Assembly (NCBI GenBank): GCA_964234715.1
Contig: OZ174281.1
Strand: one strand, 5' to 3'
Length of the DNA: 64,000 nucleotides
Source: Podarcis melisellensis
Taxonomy: Eukaryota
Part shown: one piece after another, positions 23,598 to 37,091 of the stretch
Numbering within the stretch: position 1 is the first letter of the stretch
Layout of the letters: each line of letters opens with the position of its first letter
Notes under the pieces: model-generated
What the model saw: the letters and a program-made list of their open reading frames with translations, nothing else
What the model was told of the DNA's origin: nothing
Databases searched by the model: none
Translations under genes and position numbers: made by a program

Positions 23598-24489
23598 ATG
23601 AACAATGGAACATCAAAGAGAGAGTGCCCTGGGAAACCACTGAATCACAATTCATCAAAAGGCTCAGTTGCACTTTTTTGGCTTGACACTAGAGAATGAT
23701 TTTTTTTCATTGCACTACATGTGTTAATTAAATGCCAAGGTGCCTGTGTTATCACCAACAACTGTTTCGTGAATGGCTACTGTTAATAACTTAATTATCA
23801 CTCTCTCTGCTTTCTGCATTTCATTTTCTCTGATTGCACAATAAATTTGTAACGGGAGAGAGATACATTCCTATGAAATTCAGCTCCAGGGCAAGGATTT
23901 TTCTGTCTGGAATGATCTTCCTTTTGCCACATACAGTATGTGCTTCAGTTTTGTGTTTTCAACACCAAAGTCTGCAACATGATTAAAATTCAGGAGAGTA
24001 ACAAAGTTAGATTTAAGTAATAAAGGGTAAATTGTCCCAGGAATGCCTGAATCCTACTTATATTCTTCTCTTGGTTTGTGTATGCTGTTGCTCCCTCCAC
24101 CCATACTGCCAGTTATAGCCCCGAAAACTGTGGATTATCTTTCTGCCTGTATGCTTGTTTCGTCCTTCGCAGATTTTGCATTAATGCTGTTAAAAGTATT
24201 TACATGAACTGCTTGCTCCTGGCTGCTGAGAGTAAAGCACTTGCGTCGTCTTTAAAGCCTCTGTTTTAAATCTGAAGCAAAGAGCTTTTCCTCCCCTCTG
24301 CTATTTTTTGCTACAAAGCACATCAAATAATCTCTTCCTGTTCCGGGGGGGTGGGGGTGGGAATGCAATCATTAATTTCTCTTTCTGTAGACCTCGTCAT
24401 GTGCTAACATCTTGTACGTGCAAAACAGCATTTGGCTTAGGCTTACTTCACATCATTTCCCTCTGAGCAACATCTGACTTGGAAGCTGC

Positions 24490-24642
24490 TATAGGTCCAT
24501 CTAGTTTAGAATTGCCTACACTGGTTGGCAGCAGCTCTTCAGTGTTTGAGGCAGGAGTCTCCCCAGCACTGACTGGAGATGCCTGGGATTGAATTTGGGG
24601 TCTTCTGTGTGCAAAGCATGTGATGTGCCATTGAGCTATGGT
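24490..24642 (-). mobile_element. tRNA-derived SINE (Squam3-like)
   Basis: GGAGATGCCTGGGATTGAATTTGGGGTCTTCTGTGTGCAAAGCATGTGATGTGCCATTGAGCTATGG (reverse B and A boxes). Confidence 0.7.
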
Positions 24643-26498
24643 CTCTTCCTGTTAGAAGTAGTTGTCTCGAGAAATGGTCAAGTGAGGTTTTCACTATAAT
24701 GCTAATAGCACAGTTACATATGATGCAGCTGTTCTGATTTTCCAGAAGTGGCCCCTGTTTCCCTGCTGTCTTGATTCTGGTGTCTCTTTTGTCTCTGTTT
24801 TGCCTTTCCAGGGATGTTTTTGGGGTACCTGTTAACACTTTTGTTAGTATGCACACTGGCACATCAAGCTTGTGGTCATTTTGCTTCGATCTCCCCATAA
24901 CTATCAATTGAGGTAGTAAATGTGTTTGGTGTTGCTGCCATTCTGCAGTCAGTACAACCGGATCTGCTTCGTGATTAAATAGGCAATTGAAAATTCCTAG
25001 GTGGTTGGGTTTTTTTAAATAAAAGGAAACTGTTATGCTTCAGAATCCAGCAAAAGATGGGTTATTTCAGAGTCAATAAATACAGGGAAGAACATTCAGC
25101 AATTCATAGTAGCTGGGTGTGCGGAGTTAAGTGGTGGTTTGGACACAGGTATGTTACAGGCATACATGGCTAACCTTTTTTCGTCTCTGAAATGTGGTGG
25201 TGAATATGTAATCACAAGCCATATGATCCTCTTCTTAGGTAGACCGATGGTGACCTGTTATCCCAAATCTCTGGGTGGATTGTGCAGTGAGTGGCATGTG
25301 ATTAAGTCAACCATGTGGTTTCCATATGCTCACTTTCACATCTGAGCTGTTTCAGTGCACAGCCAAAGTCATTATTCCTGGTCTGTTTCCTCTAAAGAGT
25401 CAGCAGAAAACTGTAAAGTAAAGCCCTATGTGGGTGTCCTCCCCTATATGACTAACAGGATCGTAAATCACAAGGTTGTAAATCACGGAGAGCCTGTGTG
25501 CCGTACAGCAGGTGTGTCCTTCCAGTGTGAGTAGCAGGGACATGATGTTTCAGCAACACATCAGGGCCGGCAGGTGCTGCCTCCGCTCTCGCCCCCCCCT
25601 CCCCGCTTACATGTTTGTTAATTGTGAGACGGAGAATGCCCAAATAGGGATAATATGGGAACTGACTGTCGGACTGGGAAGAGGTGGCAAAAGAAGGCAA
25701 TGTGAATATTGGGTGGAACCCTGAGGAAACGAATGCTTGATTGGCAAACTACATTATATGGAAATATGAGCAACAAAGCCCTGATATTTAAAAGAATGAA
25801 AAGCAGATTTGGGAGTTTGAGATTCTGAAAGAGAAAGTGCACTTAACCCTTTCCCCCTTTCAGTCATTTTCCTGCCCAAAATCATTTCCCCAAAGTTGTT
25901 TTCACTTGTTTCACTTTTTAATATATATTTTTAAAGGCACATCGTTTGCTCTTTAATAACTTGAGATAGGAGGCTAACTGTATGTCTGTAGGGCTCTATG
26001 CACATCTGTAGCTGAACATGTGGAGGCCAAGGGTGGATGAAACTCGGGGCATCACCCTGATCCCCTCCCTGCTCCACATATTAGCTGCATGCATGATTTT
26101 CACATGAAGAGGGCTTGGATGTCAGAGGGTGGAGGTGGGGGGAGAATAAATATCCCTGACAGCTAGTTTTCTATGCAGGGGGCTTGTTTGTCTGTCTTGA
26201 GGAAGCCAGAACTCAGACACAACCAAGGTGGAAGGAGGGTTGGTCAGTCGACTGGCTGCTGGAGATAACTGGGATCAGCAAACCAGACAGTTCAGCAAGG
26301 GTAGCAAGCAGGCAGGCATGTCCAGGGCCTGGAAAATAAGGATGATCAGACATAACACTTGCAGGATCACGCACAGATAATGGGGAGTGAGAAGTGAGTT
26401 GTTCTAATCGAGGCCTTTCATCTCTCTTGCCCCAGGCTGCCATGCCAGGGTTTGACACCCTTGCTGAGAAATGGAGTTCCTTGAAAGCATAGTCAGAC

Positions 26499-26739
26499 CG
26501 TGGGTAGGCAAACTAAGGCCCGGGGGCCGGATCCGGCCCAATCGCCTTCTAAATCTGGCACGCAGATGGTCCAGGAATCAGTGTGTTTTTACATGAGTAG
26601 AATGTGTCCTTTTATTTAAAATGCATCTCTGGGTTATTTGTGGGGGCATAGGAATTCATTCATTATTATTTTTTTCAAAATATAGTCCGGCCCCCCACAA
26701 GGGGACTGGCCCCCTGCTGAAAAAGTTTACTGACCCCTG
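26499..26739 (-). mobile_element. hAT MITE, same family as 21578
   Basis: CGTGGGTAGGCAAACTAAGGCCCGGGGGCC ... AAAGTTTACTGACCCCTG; reverse complement of the 21578 copy. Confidence 0.85.
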
Positions 26740-28552
26740 CTCTAGATTCTCTCATCTCTTTACTGCTTCCCACCTGGTGGCTCTTTGCACTGACTATTGC
26801 AGATAGGATAACCAGATGTAAAGGAGGGCAGGGCTACTGCAATTTTAACACAATTTTTAATGCAACTACTGTATTAGAAGTGCAGGAGCCCTGCCCCCCT
26901 TTTTTTGCATCTGATCCCCCAGGTCTGACTTAAGATCCCACCAGCTCATCCAGCTCCTTCACCTCCATCATGCTGGTTGAATCCTGGCTGCTACTTTGAT
27001 GCTGGAATTGTGGCAGAAGCTCATTTGGTCTTGTAACTTCCGACCAGCAGTCTAAAGTGGCAGAGACCAGACACAGCTTTACGCCCTCCATGAGAGCTAG
27101 GCCATAAAGATGGTCGCAAGTGTAGCTGCTGCAGATCCATCTCTTGCATCGTACGCAGCTGACGAAAGACATTTCAATTCTTATATGGCAAACCGAACTA
27201 TGTTAGGCCACATTTTGAAAATGCCTCTTTAGCTTTTTGACATTGTACTGCTATATGCGTTCTGTGACATGGGATATCCTCTTTCATTGCCGGCTAAAGA
27301 GGATGACATGGTGGCGCAGATGTTGGGGCCCTGAGGCCAATGGGAGGCGCACTGAGTGGGCTGAAGGCTTGGCAGCAGAGGGTTGGTGGCACAGGCCTGA
27401 AGAATACTTACATACCCCTTCTTTGGTGAGCAATGAGAAATTCCAGGTCTGCAGTACTTATTTACTTTCAGATAGACAGGTTGACTATAGGTAGAGGCAA
27501 AGCGTACACACCTCTGTAGACAAACATCTGGACATTGCACCCATATAAGATTCCAGCCAGACCCTTACAGATCCCTGCTCAGCTCCCTGTCTCTTTGTTT
27601 TTGACTCATACCACACACACAGCCTGCCCTTTGTACACAGACACCTGGACTGCATCAACCTTTCCTGGAAAGTGGAAATGTCTGCTCATTTTGAATATTC
27701 AAAACATTCCCCAAAATATCATGTATCAAGAGGCAGTTGACTAACTGTTTGGATCCAGTGGTGATGTTATCACCTGTAGTTTACCTAACCAAAGGATGCA
27801 ATCAGCCAAATGTGGCCCCTTGTCCACATCCCTAGGCTCACAGCAATATTTTAATGTGCTCCCCATGTTAAGCACACCTGATCCCACCTGCTTTTTGCCA
27901 CTCTCTTAAAAGGGTGATAGTGAATAAGGTATATAACTTCCAGCTTGACATTTGATATCCCCTTCCTAAGAAGAAGAAGAAAACATCCATGAGCTGCCAT
28001 CAGTGGAATAAAATGGACCCCTGGAAAATTACCACGATGCAGTTACATCTCTGAAACTGTATGGTTGAAAGGAATTCAACTTCTGTGGACCTGCCACAGA
28101 AAGGACTTGAGTTTCTAGTGTGCTTTTGCAAGCCCTCAAAAACTGCATCAGACTGGTCACGTGTGCCCAGTAGGTTGCTTTGAAAACCACAGATTTCAAT
28201 GGGTCGATTCTGAGCACGACTCAGGGTGCAACCCTAACTCCTACCTGCCACCAACAGGGGGGGCTTTTCCACATTTGTAGCCCTTCCACATTTGTAGCCC
28301 TTTTGCTCACAGTGGCTGCAATAGAAGATGCAGGACGATCAGGCCTGATCTGTACCCAATCAGTTAGATTGGGCCTGATGCCATTGTATGGCAGCTGTGA
28401 AACTGGGATCCTGCAAATCCTGGGCCACCTCAGGCCCACCCTGTCCTCCCTCAAATCACCCCATTGCAGGACTTCTTTCTGCTAACACCTATTCCTGTAT
28501 TCAGGGAGAATCAGGAGGCTGGAAGGGCTTGGCAGAGGGATACCACCACCTA

Positions 28553-28786
28553 CAGTGGTACCTTGGGTTACATATGCTTCAGGTTACATACGCTTCAGGT
28601 TACAGACTCCGCTAACCCAGAAATAGTACCTCAGCTTAAGAACTTTGCTTCAGGATGAGAACAGAAATCGGGCTCCGGCGGCGCGGCAGCAGTGGGAGGC
28701 CCCATTAGCTAAAGTGGTGCTTCAGGTTAAGAACAGTTTCAGGTTAAGAACGGACCTCCGGAACGAATTAACCTGAGGTACCACTG
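28553..28786. mobile_element. Tc1/mariner MITE
   Basis: TA|CAGTGGTACCTT ... GAGGTACCACTG|TA. Confidence 0.9.
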
Positions 28787-30289
28787 TATTTCAACACACA
28801 CAGCATCCCAGGCTAAGGGAAGGGGGGTTGGACTGTGGTGCCCGCCAGATACTACAACCCACACTGTGTGTTACAGAATTGCTGACCTTCCCAGGTGCCC
28901 CCCCTTTTTGCCGCTGTAAGCATCTATACAAGAGCAACAGTATCATTTATTCATTGAGAGAGAATCTAGTGAACTTTGAAATAATTGTAGGAGAATGCAG
29001 CAGCCTACTGAAATAGCATTTCAAAAAGACTCTAATCTGTGGAGTGATAACCTGTCCACGAAGGATCAGCAGCAGCAGGTACAGTGAGGATTATCAGAAT
29101 TTCAGTGCTTCAGCTCCCTCGACATTAGAAAGAGAGAGGGGGGAAATCCGTGGAAACATCTGTGATAAGCAGATTATTCGGACCTGTGTCATATATAACC
29201 AACATGGTTTTCGAGTATGTTAACTCCTTCAAGAGAGGTAAATGCTCCCAGGTGGTTCAAAGAGTGTCCATTCTGCCATCTGCGTCTGCTTTAGAAATGC
29301 ATTTCTGCTGTTTTCTGTGGTTGCTGAGTGCTTTTTTTGTTTGCTGTTGTTATTGGACGTTGGCTTGTTTTTGCCGTTGGCTTGCTTTTACATTTAAATT
29401 AGACCTGTAATGTGAACATGGTTTGTTGTATTTATTTTTGGAACATTTTACTGTTGAGACGCGGGTGATTTTTATAGAGGAAGTTCACACAGCAATTAAT
29501 AGAGGGGGAGCTTTGAGCAAATGCATATTCTCGCTATGCACGAAGAACTCGGAAAATCTAGTGACGTGCCCCATGTGGCTATTATTTCAAGCACTCTGCT
29601 TGGAAGCTGCTGGCATGGAGAGCATTTGTTTAAAGAGAGAGGCTCTGATGCAACCACCAGCGGTTATTATACCCGGGTGATACTCTTCTTGCATTACTTT
29701 TCCAGGTCATCGCTCTCCAGAAGTCATCTTCTCCCTTTCTGTCCACTGTTCTACAGTAACTAGGAGCAGGGGTTTCAGAGCAGCTGGCCCCATTTTGCGA
29801 AACAGCGTCCCTGTTGAGATATGACAGACACTCACTATTTGTCCTTTCTGAGAATGACTGAAGGCCTTTTTGTTTGGACACACTTTCCAAGCTGGATGAA
29901 ATGGCCTTGGGTGTTATTTTTGTACTGTTTTAAGACCTATCTTTGGTTGTTGCATCTGCACTGTTTTAAAAACTATTTTATCTGTTTTGATAATGTATTT
30001 GTCAATGGCCTTGAGACACATGTAAAAGGTTTCTCATCCTCACCAGTAGTGAAGGAGAAGAAGACAGGCCTGTGTTTCTGCTCTAAATATGGGGATACAT
30101 TCTGCTTCCACCTGCATGTGCTTTGCAAGAACTGATAGTGGGTGTCAGCATCTAATTTACCAGCCCCTTTGCTGTGCATTGTGGGTGGGGAGTTCAGTAA
30201 AGATTTTGAAGAGCTGCCCAACTAAGAGCACTCCAAGGACCACTATCTGCTAAAAATGGGCTTCTTTCTTATACACACTCTCTTAAATA

Positions 30290-30815
30290 CCCAGCCTACA
30301 TTACTGTCATAATCTCTATGTGGGGTTGCCTTAAAAGACAGTCTGCAAACTTGAGCTGGTGCAAAATGCAAGCCTGTTTGATTATATCACACCAATTTTG
30401 CATCAGCTGCATTGGTCACCCATTCATTTCTGGGCTTAGTTTAAAGTACTAGTAACTAACCTTTAAAACCCTGAATGTTTGGGAACCACATGTTTCCCTA
30501 CACCCATATGAATCTGCCCAGGTCCTCAGATTGGTCTTAAGAGTGCCCTCCTATCTGTTGTGTGCCTCTGATAAAGCGATCAGCTTAGCAGGAACAAGGC
30601 CTTTTTCAGTGGTGGCCCCCACACGTGTGGAATTCCATTCCTTGAGAATTCTGCTTAGCTCCCTCTCTTTCAGGCTTTAAGTGGACCTGAAAGAATGGTT
30701 GACCCTGCTAAGCACATATATATATTTGATAAAGTTTTAATTAGTATGTTCGTCCATTGTCTTCTAACATTTTTTGTGAGCTGCCTGAACAGTTGGGTAG
30801 AAATAAATTAAATAA
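30290..30815 (+). mobile_element. Degenerate L2 LINE fragment
   Basis: TTACTGTCATAATCTCTATGTGGGGTTGCC...GAGCTGGTGCAAAATGC...CAGCTGCATTGG...ACCTTTAAAACCCT parallels the young L2 at 6800-7000; an older piece is likely at about 29600-30040. Confidence 0.65.
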
Positions 30816-31761
30816 CTAAACAGTATGCAAAACACTTTGAGTCCCTTGAAGCACTAATAGGATATAAATATACCTTGTATGTCTTGATAGACATATACCT
30901 TATAAAGCTACCCTGGTATGTATGCACATCTACCTGCAATCTCACTTCTCTGATGCCGGATGCACTTGCTCAAAGAGGGTGTTCCCACAATGGTCCTCTA
31001 TCAAGTTGCCACCCAATATGACATGAGATGAGCAGAACTTCATTATATATGTTGGGAGTCAGGGTGGCGAGCCTGTAACTCTCCACATGCTGCTGGATTA
31101 TACCTCCCATCAACTCAACTAAGCTAACAGGCCCATTGGTCAAGGATGATGTGAGCAGTGGCAGAGGAACCCTCTCCTGCACCCGGGGCGGCGCAGCCTG
31201 TACGGACTGTGCATGTGCGGCATTCCATATGGAGTCCATATGGAAGTCCATACTTCCATAATGTGTGGCAGTCCATACCACACATTTTTATCTAGCGGTG
31301 TGAGCGGGGGCGGGGTGCTCCTGCACATTACAATACTGCATTGCTATTAGGGAGTACTTTTTATTCTAGTTGCCTTATTTCTTAAAAGATGTTCTTCAAT
31401 ACAACGAAGCACTCAGCAATGGAGCCATTTGGAGCAGAGGCATCTGAGCCAAGGTCCTGCTCCTGCTGGCCTTATCATTTATTGATCACGGGGGTTGTTT
31501 TTAATACATAGCATTTCTCGAAGAGCAGCTTGTGTGGGGCTTCCAGGAAGTCTCCTATCCCGGTGGCAGGTGCCAATATGAGATATGCTTATGCAATAAC
31601 AACGTGCCCTTGGAAACTCTCCCTCTCATCTTCTTCTGGCTTATACTAACTCAAACATTATGCTACAGAGGCATCCTCCATCGGTGCTGTCCTGACCCCA
31701 GTGCATAGTGCAGTGGCATAACCAGAGATGCACCAGAGAACCACATACTCATTCCTTTCAC

Positions 31762-31764
<3 letters not shown>

Positions 31765-31806
<42 letters not shown>
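31765..31806. repeat. (CT)n microsatellite
   Basis: About 21 CT units. Confidence 0.95.
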
Positions 31807-31809
<3 letters not shown>

Positions 31810-34800
31810 GCATGCTGAGAAATGAGCATGCTTTTCTAGTGCACAGAGAGGAAATGCAACAAGAAGCCCACAGGAAGCAGTGATTGCCACCAACCTAGAA
31901 GGCTTCAAAGGAGGATTAAACAAATCCATGGAGGAGAGAGCTATCATTGGCTACTAGCTATGATGGCTATGCTCTGCCTTTCCGGCTGCCTTTCCACTAA
32001 TGCTAACAAAATTCAGTTGCTGGAAACCACAGGAGGGGAGAGGGCTCTTATGCTCAGATTCTTCTTGTGGGTTTTCCCAGGCATCTGGCTGGCCACTGTG
32101 AGAACAAGCTGAACTACATGGGCCACCATCCTTGGCTGGTGATGATGGAAGAGATGGTCCTCACCACCAAACTCCACTCCTTCCAAAGGACTGTTCTCAG
32201 CTGAAAAGCAGGAGCAGCAGAGGAGATGGTGCTTATGAAGAGGCTGGCAGCATACATGTCAAGTGGAAGGGGGAACAGTTGCACGCGTGTGCACTCCAGA
32301 TGATCCACACCCCCTCCCTAATTCTCAGCTTTTATTTAGAGGAGAAACCCCAACCCAAGTCTCTAGCCCTTGTAGAATGCAAGTTATGAGACACACATTG
32401 TGCAAGTACTATTCACCAAATTTGTTTTGGGAAAAACTAAGCTATACCTGCCTGTCTGCATTTTTAGTCAATGAGTGAAGTCTGAGCAATGGCTGACATT
32501 TAGGAAAGCAGCTAATTAGACAAAGAAAAGGTTAGAGTGGAACACCCAGACTCTAGAGAAGGAACTTCCTGGTTTGTTTTTAAGCTTTCTGTGCTGGTGG
32601 AGAAGTGATTGCCACCCCACGGAAAACTGAGGGTTTCAGTTGTGACTGGAAAGATGTCTAGATGCCAGAGCTACGCATAGATGGGCAGCAGGTCTACCCA
32701 CTAAGAAACTATGTAAGGGTAGATCTGGAATACAAGTTTCTCAAAGGCCATGTTTAGCCAAGGCCTTGGAACTGCCCATTCACCAAATACACTGCTCTCT
32801 GGTGCTTATTATTAATGTATGGATGTCTGTATATTTCTCTATTAGCAATATATACTTAGCCCCCACCATCAGGGCAGGGAGGGGAGATCTTGTGGGTGCT
32901 CATAGCTGGCAGTCCAGATTGGTGAGGCCTGGCAGGCCAGCTTTGACCAGCAGTCAAGAATTCCCCACCCTTGTCTTGGCTTAGGAACTCGGTGGGGGGA
33001 CGGACGAATGGACAGCAATGCTAGAGTTTTTGAAACCACCAGTTGATCTACTCTGAGTAGGGCTAACATAAAATGCCTCTCAAAGATGTTGATAATAGAC
33101 AATTGCATAATACTGCACATTTCTAAAATGTTTGAAATAACAGATGATAAACAAACGTGTTTTGTATTCCCCAGCACAGCTGATTTTCTCACTTATTTGA
33201 GGTCCAAGAATCTCCAAGTGCGAAACAGGCTAGTAGCAGATAGGTGTAAAATTCTGTAAATGTGAATCATGTGCTAGGATCAGGGTTATGACCCAAACTG
33301 GGGGTTTCTGAAGCTGGCATAGGAGTAACCACATGACCCAGACAATCCACATGATTAGTGCTTTCACATTTTATCAGTGATGTAGGAGCCTGGCCATGGG
33401 ACGGCATCTCCTTGTTAGCTACTGCATCACAAAATAAATTAACTGGGCCCCAGTAGCATGACGGCATTCTTAATCACATCAGGCTGGAATCTAGACATCT
33501 TGGCTTAGCTGCACATCAGCACATAGCCAACACGCAATTGTCTCATGATTTGGTGCAGCTTACGAAGGTTGGCTGAGTGCTGGCATTCGGCCAGTATTTA
33601 ACAATTCCTTCCAGCATTTTTAAGCGGGCGCAGACAGAGCCCAAGAGCACTAATCCATGTTGTTCACAGCAAGAGCTGTTGTAGAGGAGTCAAAGCTGTC
33701 ACCACTCTCAAGGCTCCTTCCTACAGAATCCCCACCACCACAGAACTTGTATTGTTCTTTGCTCTCTTAATTACAGCCCTGTTGCCAAACTTACCGTTAC
33801 CTTTCGTGACAGTTCCGTACTTCTCCTTTTGTGCTTAAAAGGAAGAAGAATAAGTCCTTACTCTCTTCTGCCAGCAGGAATGTTTTGGCATTTGCTTGCA
33901 ACAGAATTTGTTTAAAGTGCATTTAAAAGGAACAGAACAGACAACTTACTACTAGACCCTGGACCTGATGGTGCAGTTGGAAACAAGCAATGTGAACTAC
34001 AGAAAAGAAATGATCTAGACAGAACCTACTTCAAACTCCATCTCATTATAGTCTTTATAAGCTGACCCAATTTTTTTGAACATTTCAGGTCAGAAGGACT
34101 GGGCATCCCAGGGTAGGCGATTCAGCCATGCCATTAAGCACAGCAAACTCTCATGGCAACCTCTCCTGGCAACCTCTGACAGACTGAAATAAGCAGATGG
34201 CATAAATTATCCTTGAGTGCCAGTCTCCTCCTTCACCGCTATCATTTTTACATTATCATTTTTACAAAGCTTCAAAAATGTGTATTTTCCAATGAAGTTC
34301 AAAGTTCCAAACTGAACAAAGGGGAGATACTAATAGTTTCAGCTGATTGTTTTGGATGCAAAGTTGTTTTAACTCGTGTGTGGAATCTGGATCAAGAAAT
34401 TTGTACCTTTTATACTCTATGGGAAACGTAGCTTCATGGGCCAAATCAGACCACCTGGTGGGCCAGGATTTGTTTGCAAGCCAGAAGTTCTCCACCCCTG
34501 TTTTATAGAGAAGTGACCAGAAAAATCTGCTCTAAAGGGCATCACTCAGCCAAAACAATAATTTGACAAAATTTAGCTCAGCAACTTAGGCTATTATTAC
34601 ATTTCATTTTGGAAAGTTTTCAGATGAAGAATCACCATAGCAGCTGAAACCAACTTTAATGTAATTGTGGGTAAATTGGTAATACAAATCCAAGTTTGTG
34701 CACAGCAAACCCTGGCAATTTACATTTCATTTCTCTCTTTACAAAGGTACAGTTCAGGTCTAAATCTGGTTTCACAATTCATGGGAATGTCAAGCAAGTT

Positions 34801-35257
34801 CCATTGCCTTTGTTGGATTATTAATAAGTTCCTTATATTCTTCAAGATTTCTGCCTTTTATATCTTTAGTAAATTGAGTTAATCTAGAAATCATTCTTTT
34901 TAGGAGCTTTCATCTATAGGGGTAAAAAGCAGCCAGAAGGATGAAATCTCTGGTAATGAACTATCTGAATTCTTTTTTTAAAAAGGATACATTTATTAAT
35001 AGAAGAAATATATGAATTCTTCTGAGTTACTTATTTTTCTGCTTGTGCTTGCTACAACACAAATTTGTGGAGCTGAATGACAAAGCTGAAACAGCGGGTG
35101 AATAAAACATATAGCTTATAGGTTTGTGTGTGTCTGAAATTAGCAGTTTGTTGTTAACAAATGTTAAGAGTTGAGACAATAAGCAGAGCCCACTCTAACT
35201 TCAGTGATTATAAAACCCTTAACAGTGCCAGGATTTCCATGTTTGGTACCATTAGAC

Positions 35258-35587
35258 CAGGGGTCAGCAACCTTTTTCAGCTGTGGGCCGGTCTACTGTC
35301 CCTCAGACCATGTGGTGGGCCGGACTATATATTTTTTTTTTGGGGGGGGGGAATGAACAAATTCTTATGCCCCACAAATAACCGAGAGATGCATTTTAAA
35401 TAAAAGCACATATTCTACTCATGTAAAAACACCAGGCAGGCCCCACAAATAACCCAGAGATGCATTTTAAATAAAAGGACACATTCTACTCATGTAAAAA
35501 CATGCTGATTCCTGGACCATCCGCGGGCCAGATTGAGAAGGCGATTGGGCTGCATCCGGCCCCCGGGCCTTAGGTTGCCTACCCCTG
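35258..35587 (+). mobile_element. hAT MITE with an internal ~65-bp duplication
   Basis: CAGGGGTCAGCAACC ... GGTTGCCTACCCCTG; perfect TSD CATTAGAC (35250-35257, 35588-35595); GCCCCACAAATAAC...CATGTAAAAACA occurs twice. Confidence 0.9.
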
Positions 35588-35975
35588 CATTAGACCAACA
35601 GTTCCTCTACATTAGCACTCTTTCTCATGGCAAAGTGCTAGCCAGATTCATCAAGGAAGTTCAGAAGCAGGGGGTAGTTTTTCCTGAAAGATAGTTTAAG
35701 CAAAATAAGCATTCCTCAGCACCTTGTAGTCTGGGGTTTACTGATGCTGAACAGAAAGGTTCTGGTTTTTGCTTTCATAGCAAGCAGTTCATGCTAGTCT
35801 TACTACTAGCTAGTGAAAGGTACCAGAATGCACACAATTCGTTTCAGGTTGAGTCCCCATGCTAGTATTGGGAGCAATCCCATCTGAAATTCTGGAGAGC
35901 AACTGCCAGTCAGAGTAGACAATACTGACCTTGATGGACTAGTAGTCTGACTCAGTATGAGGCAACTTCCCTGTA

Positions 35976-36233
35976 CAGTGGTACCTCAGGTTACATACGC
36001 TTCAGTTTACATATGCTTCAGGTTACATACGCTTCAGGTTACAGACTCTGCTAACCCAGAAATAGTGCTTCAGGTTAAGAACTTTGCTTCAGGATGAGAA
36101 CAGAAATCATGCTTCGGCGGCGCGGCAGCAGCAGGAGGCCTCATTAGCTAATGTGGTGCTTCAGGTTAAGAACAGTTTCAGGTTCAGTACGGACCTCCGG
36201 AACGAATTAAGTACTTAACCCAAGGTACCACTG
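35976..36233. mobile_element. Tc1/mariner MITE
   Basis: TA|CAGTGGTACCTC ... AAGGTACCACTG|TA; internal GGTTACATACGCTTCA repeats. Confidence 0.9.
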
Positions 36234-36718
36234 TATTCACCTACTGACCATCATGGCATTTGTGTCAATTTGTTCTAAAGGTTAATGGTGTTATGTGAAA
36301 AACATGAGGTTTACACGCAAGGTAAGTAAGTACAGAATTGCAGCTATGAGTTTGCAGTCTCCTCCTATATTACATTTTAAGACTCTGGCTACATGTAGAC
36401 TTTGTGACTTCAACATCAAGCCAGCTCACCCTTCATTTAGCTCATAATCCAGCCTCTGTGATTACTAGTCAATCCAGTTTAATGGTTTGCCTTCACAGAG
36501 GCATTTCTACAAATCTGGTCTGCAAATTCTATAGATTTTGCATTCCTATGAACGTTTCATAGGCCCATAACTATTCCTTCAATGGAGTGTTCTCCCTTGG
36601 AGAAAAAATATTTCATCAACCTTGGTCCTTGCTGGTGATCTGTTTCTGTACTTCATCATGCCCAGGAAAAAACCTAGAGGACCAAACTTTCAAGCTACAT
36701 TTTGAAGCATGATAGTTA

Positions 36719-37091
36719 CATTGGTACCTCGGGTTACAGCAGTGGTGTAGCGTGCGTTGTCAGCACCCGGGGCAAGGCAAGTAATTTGCGCCCCCTAACC
36801 CGCGGATTTGCGCCCCCTAACCCTAACCCCCAGATGTTGCGTCCAGCCCCCCCTGCACCACCCCACGCTACGCCACTGGGTTACAAACGCTTCAGGTTAC
36901 AGACTCCACTAACCCAGAAATAGTACCTCCGGTTAAGAACTTTGCTTCAGGATGAGAACAGAAATCGTGCGGCGACGGTGTGGCAGCAGCAGGAGGCCCC
37001 AATAGCTAAAGTTGTGCCTCAGGTTAAGAACAGTTTCAGATTAAGAACAGGCCTCCGGAACGAATTAAGTTCTTAACCCAAGGTACCACTG
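36719..37091. mobile_element. Tc1/mariner MITE with a nested hAT MITE
   Basis: TA|CATTGGTACCTC ... AAGGTACCACTG|TA. Confidence 0.87.
36740..36878 (+). mobile_element. Short hAT-like MITE with CCCTAA units
   Basis: TIR CAGTGGTGTAGCGTG / CACGCTACGCCACTG (14/15); TSD GGTTACAG/GGTTACAA. Confidence 0.85.
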
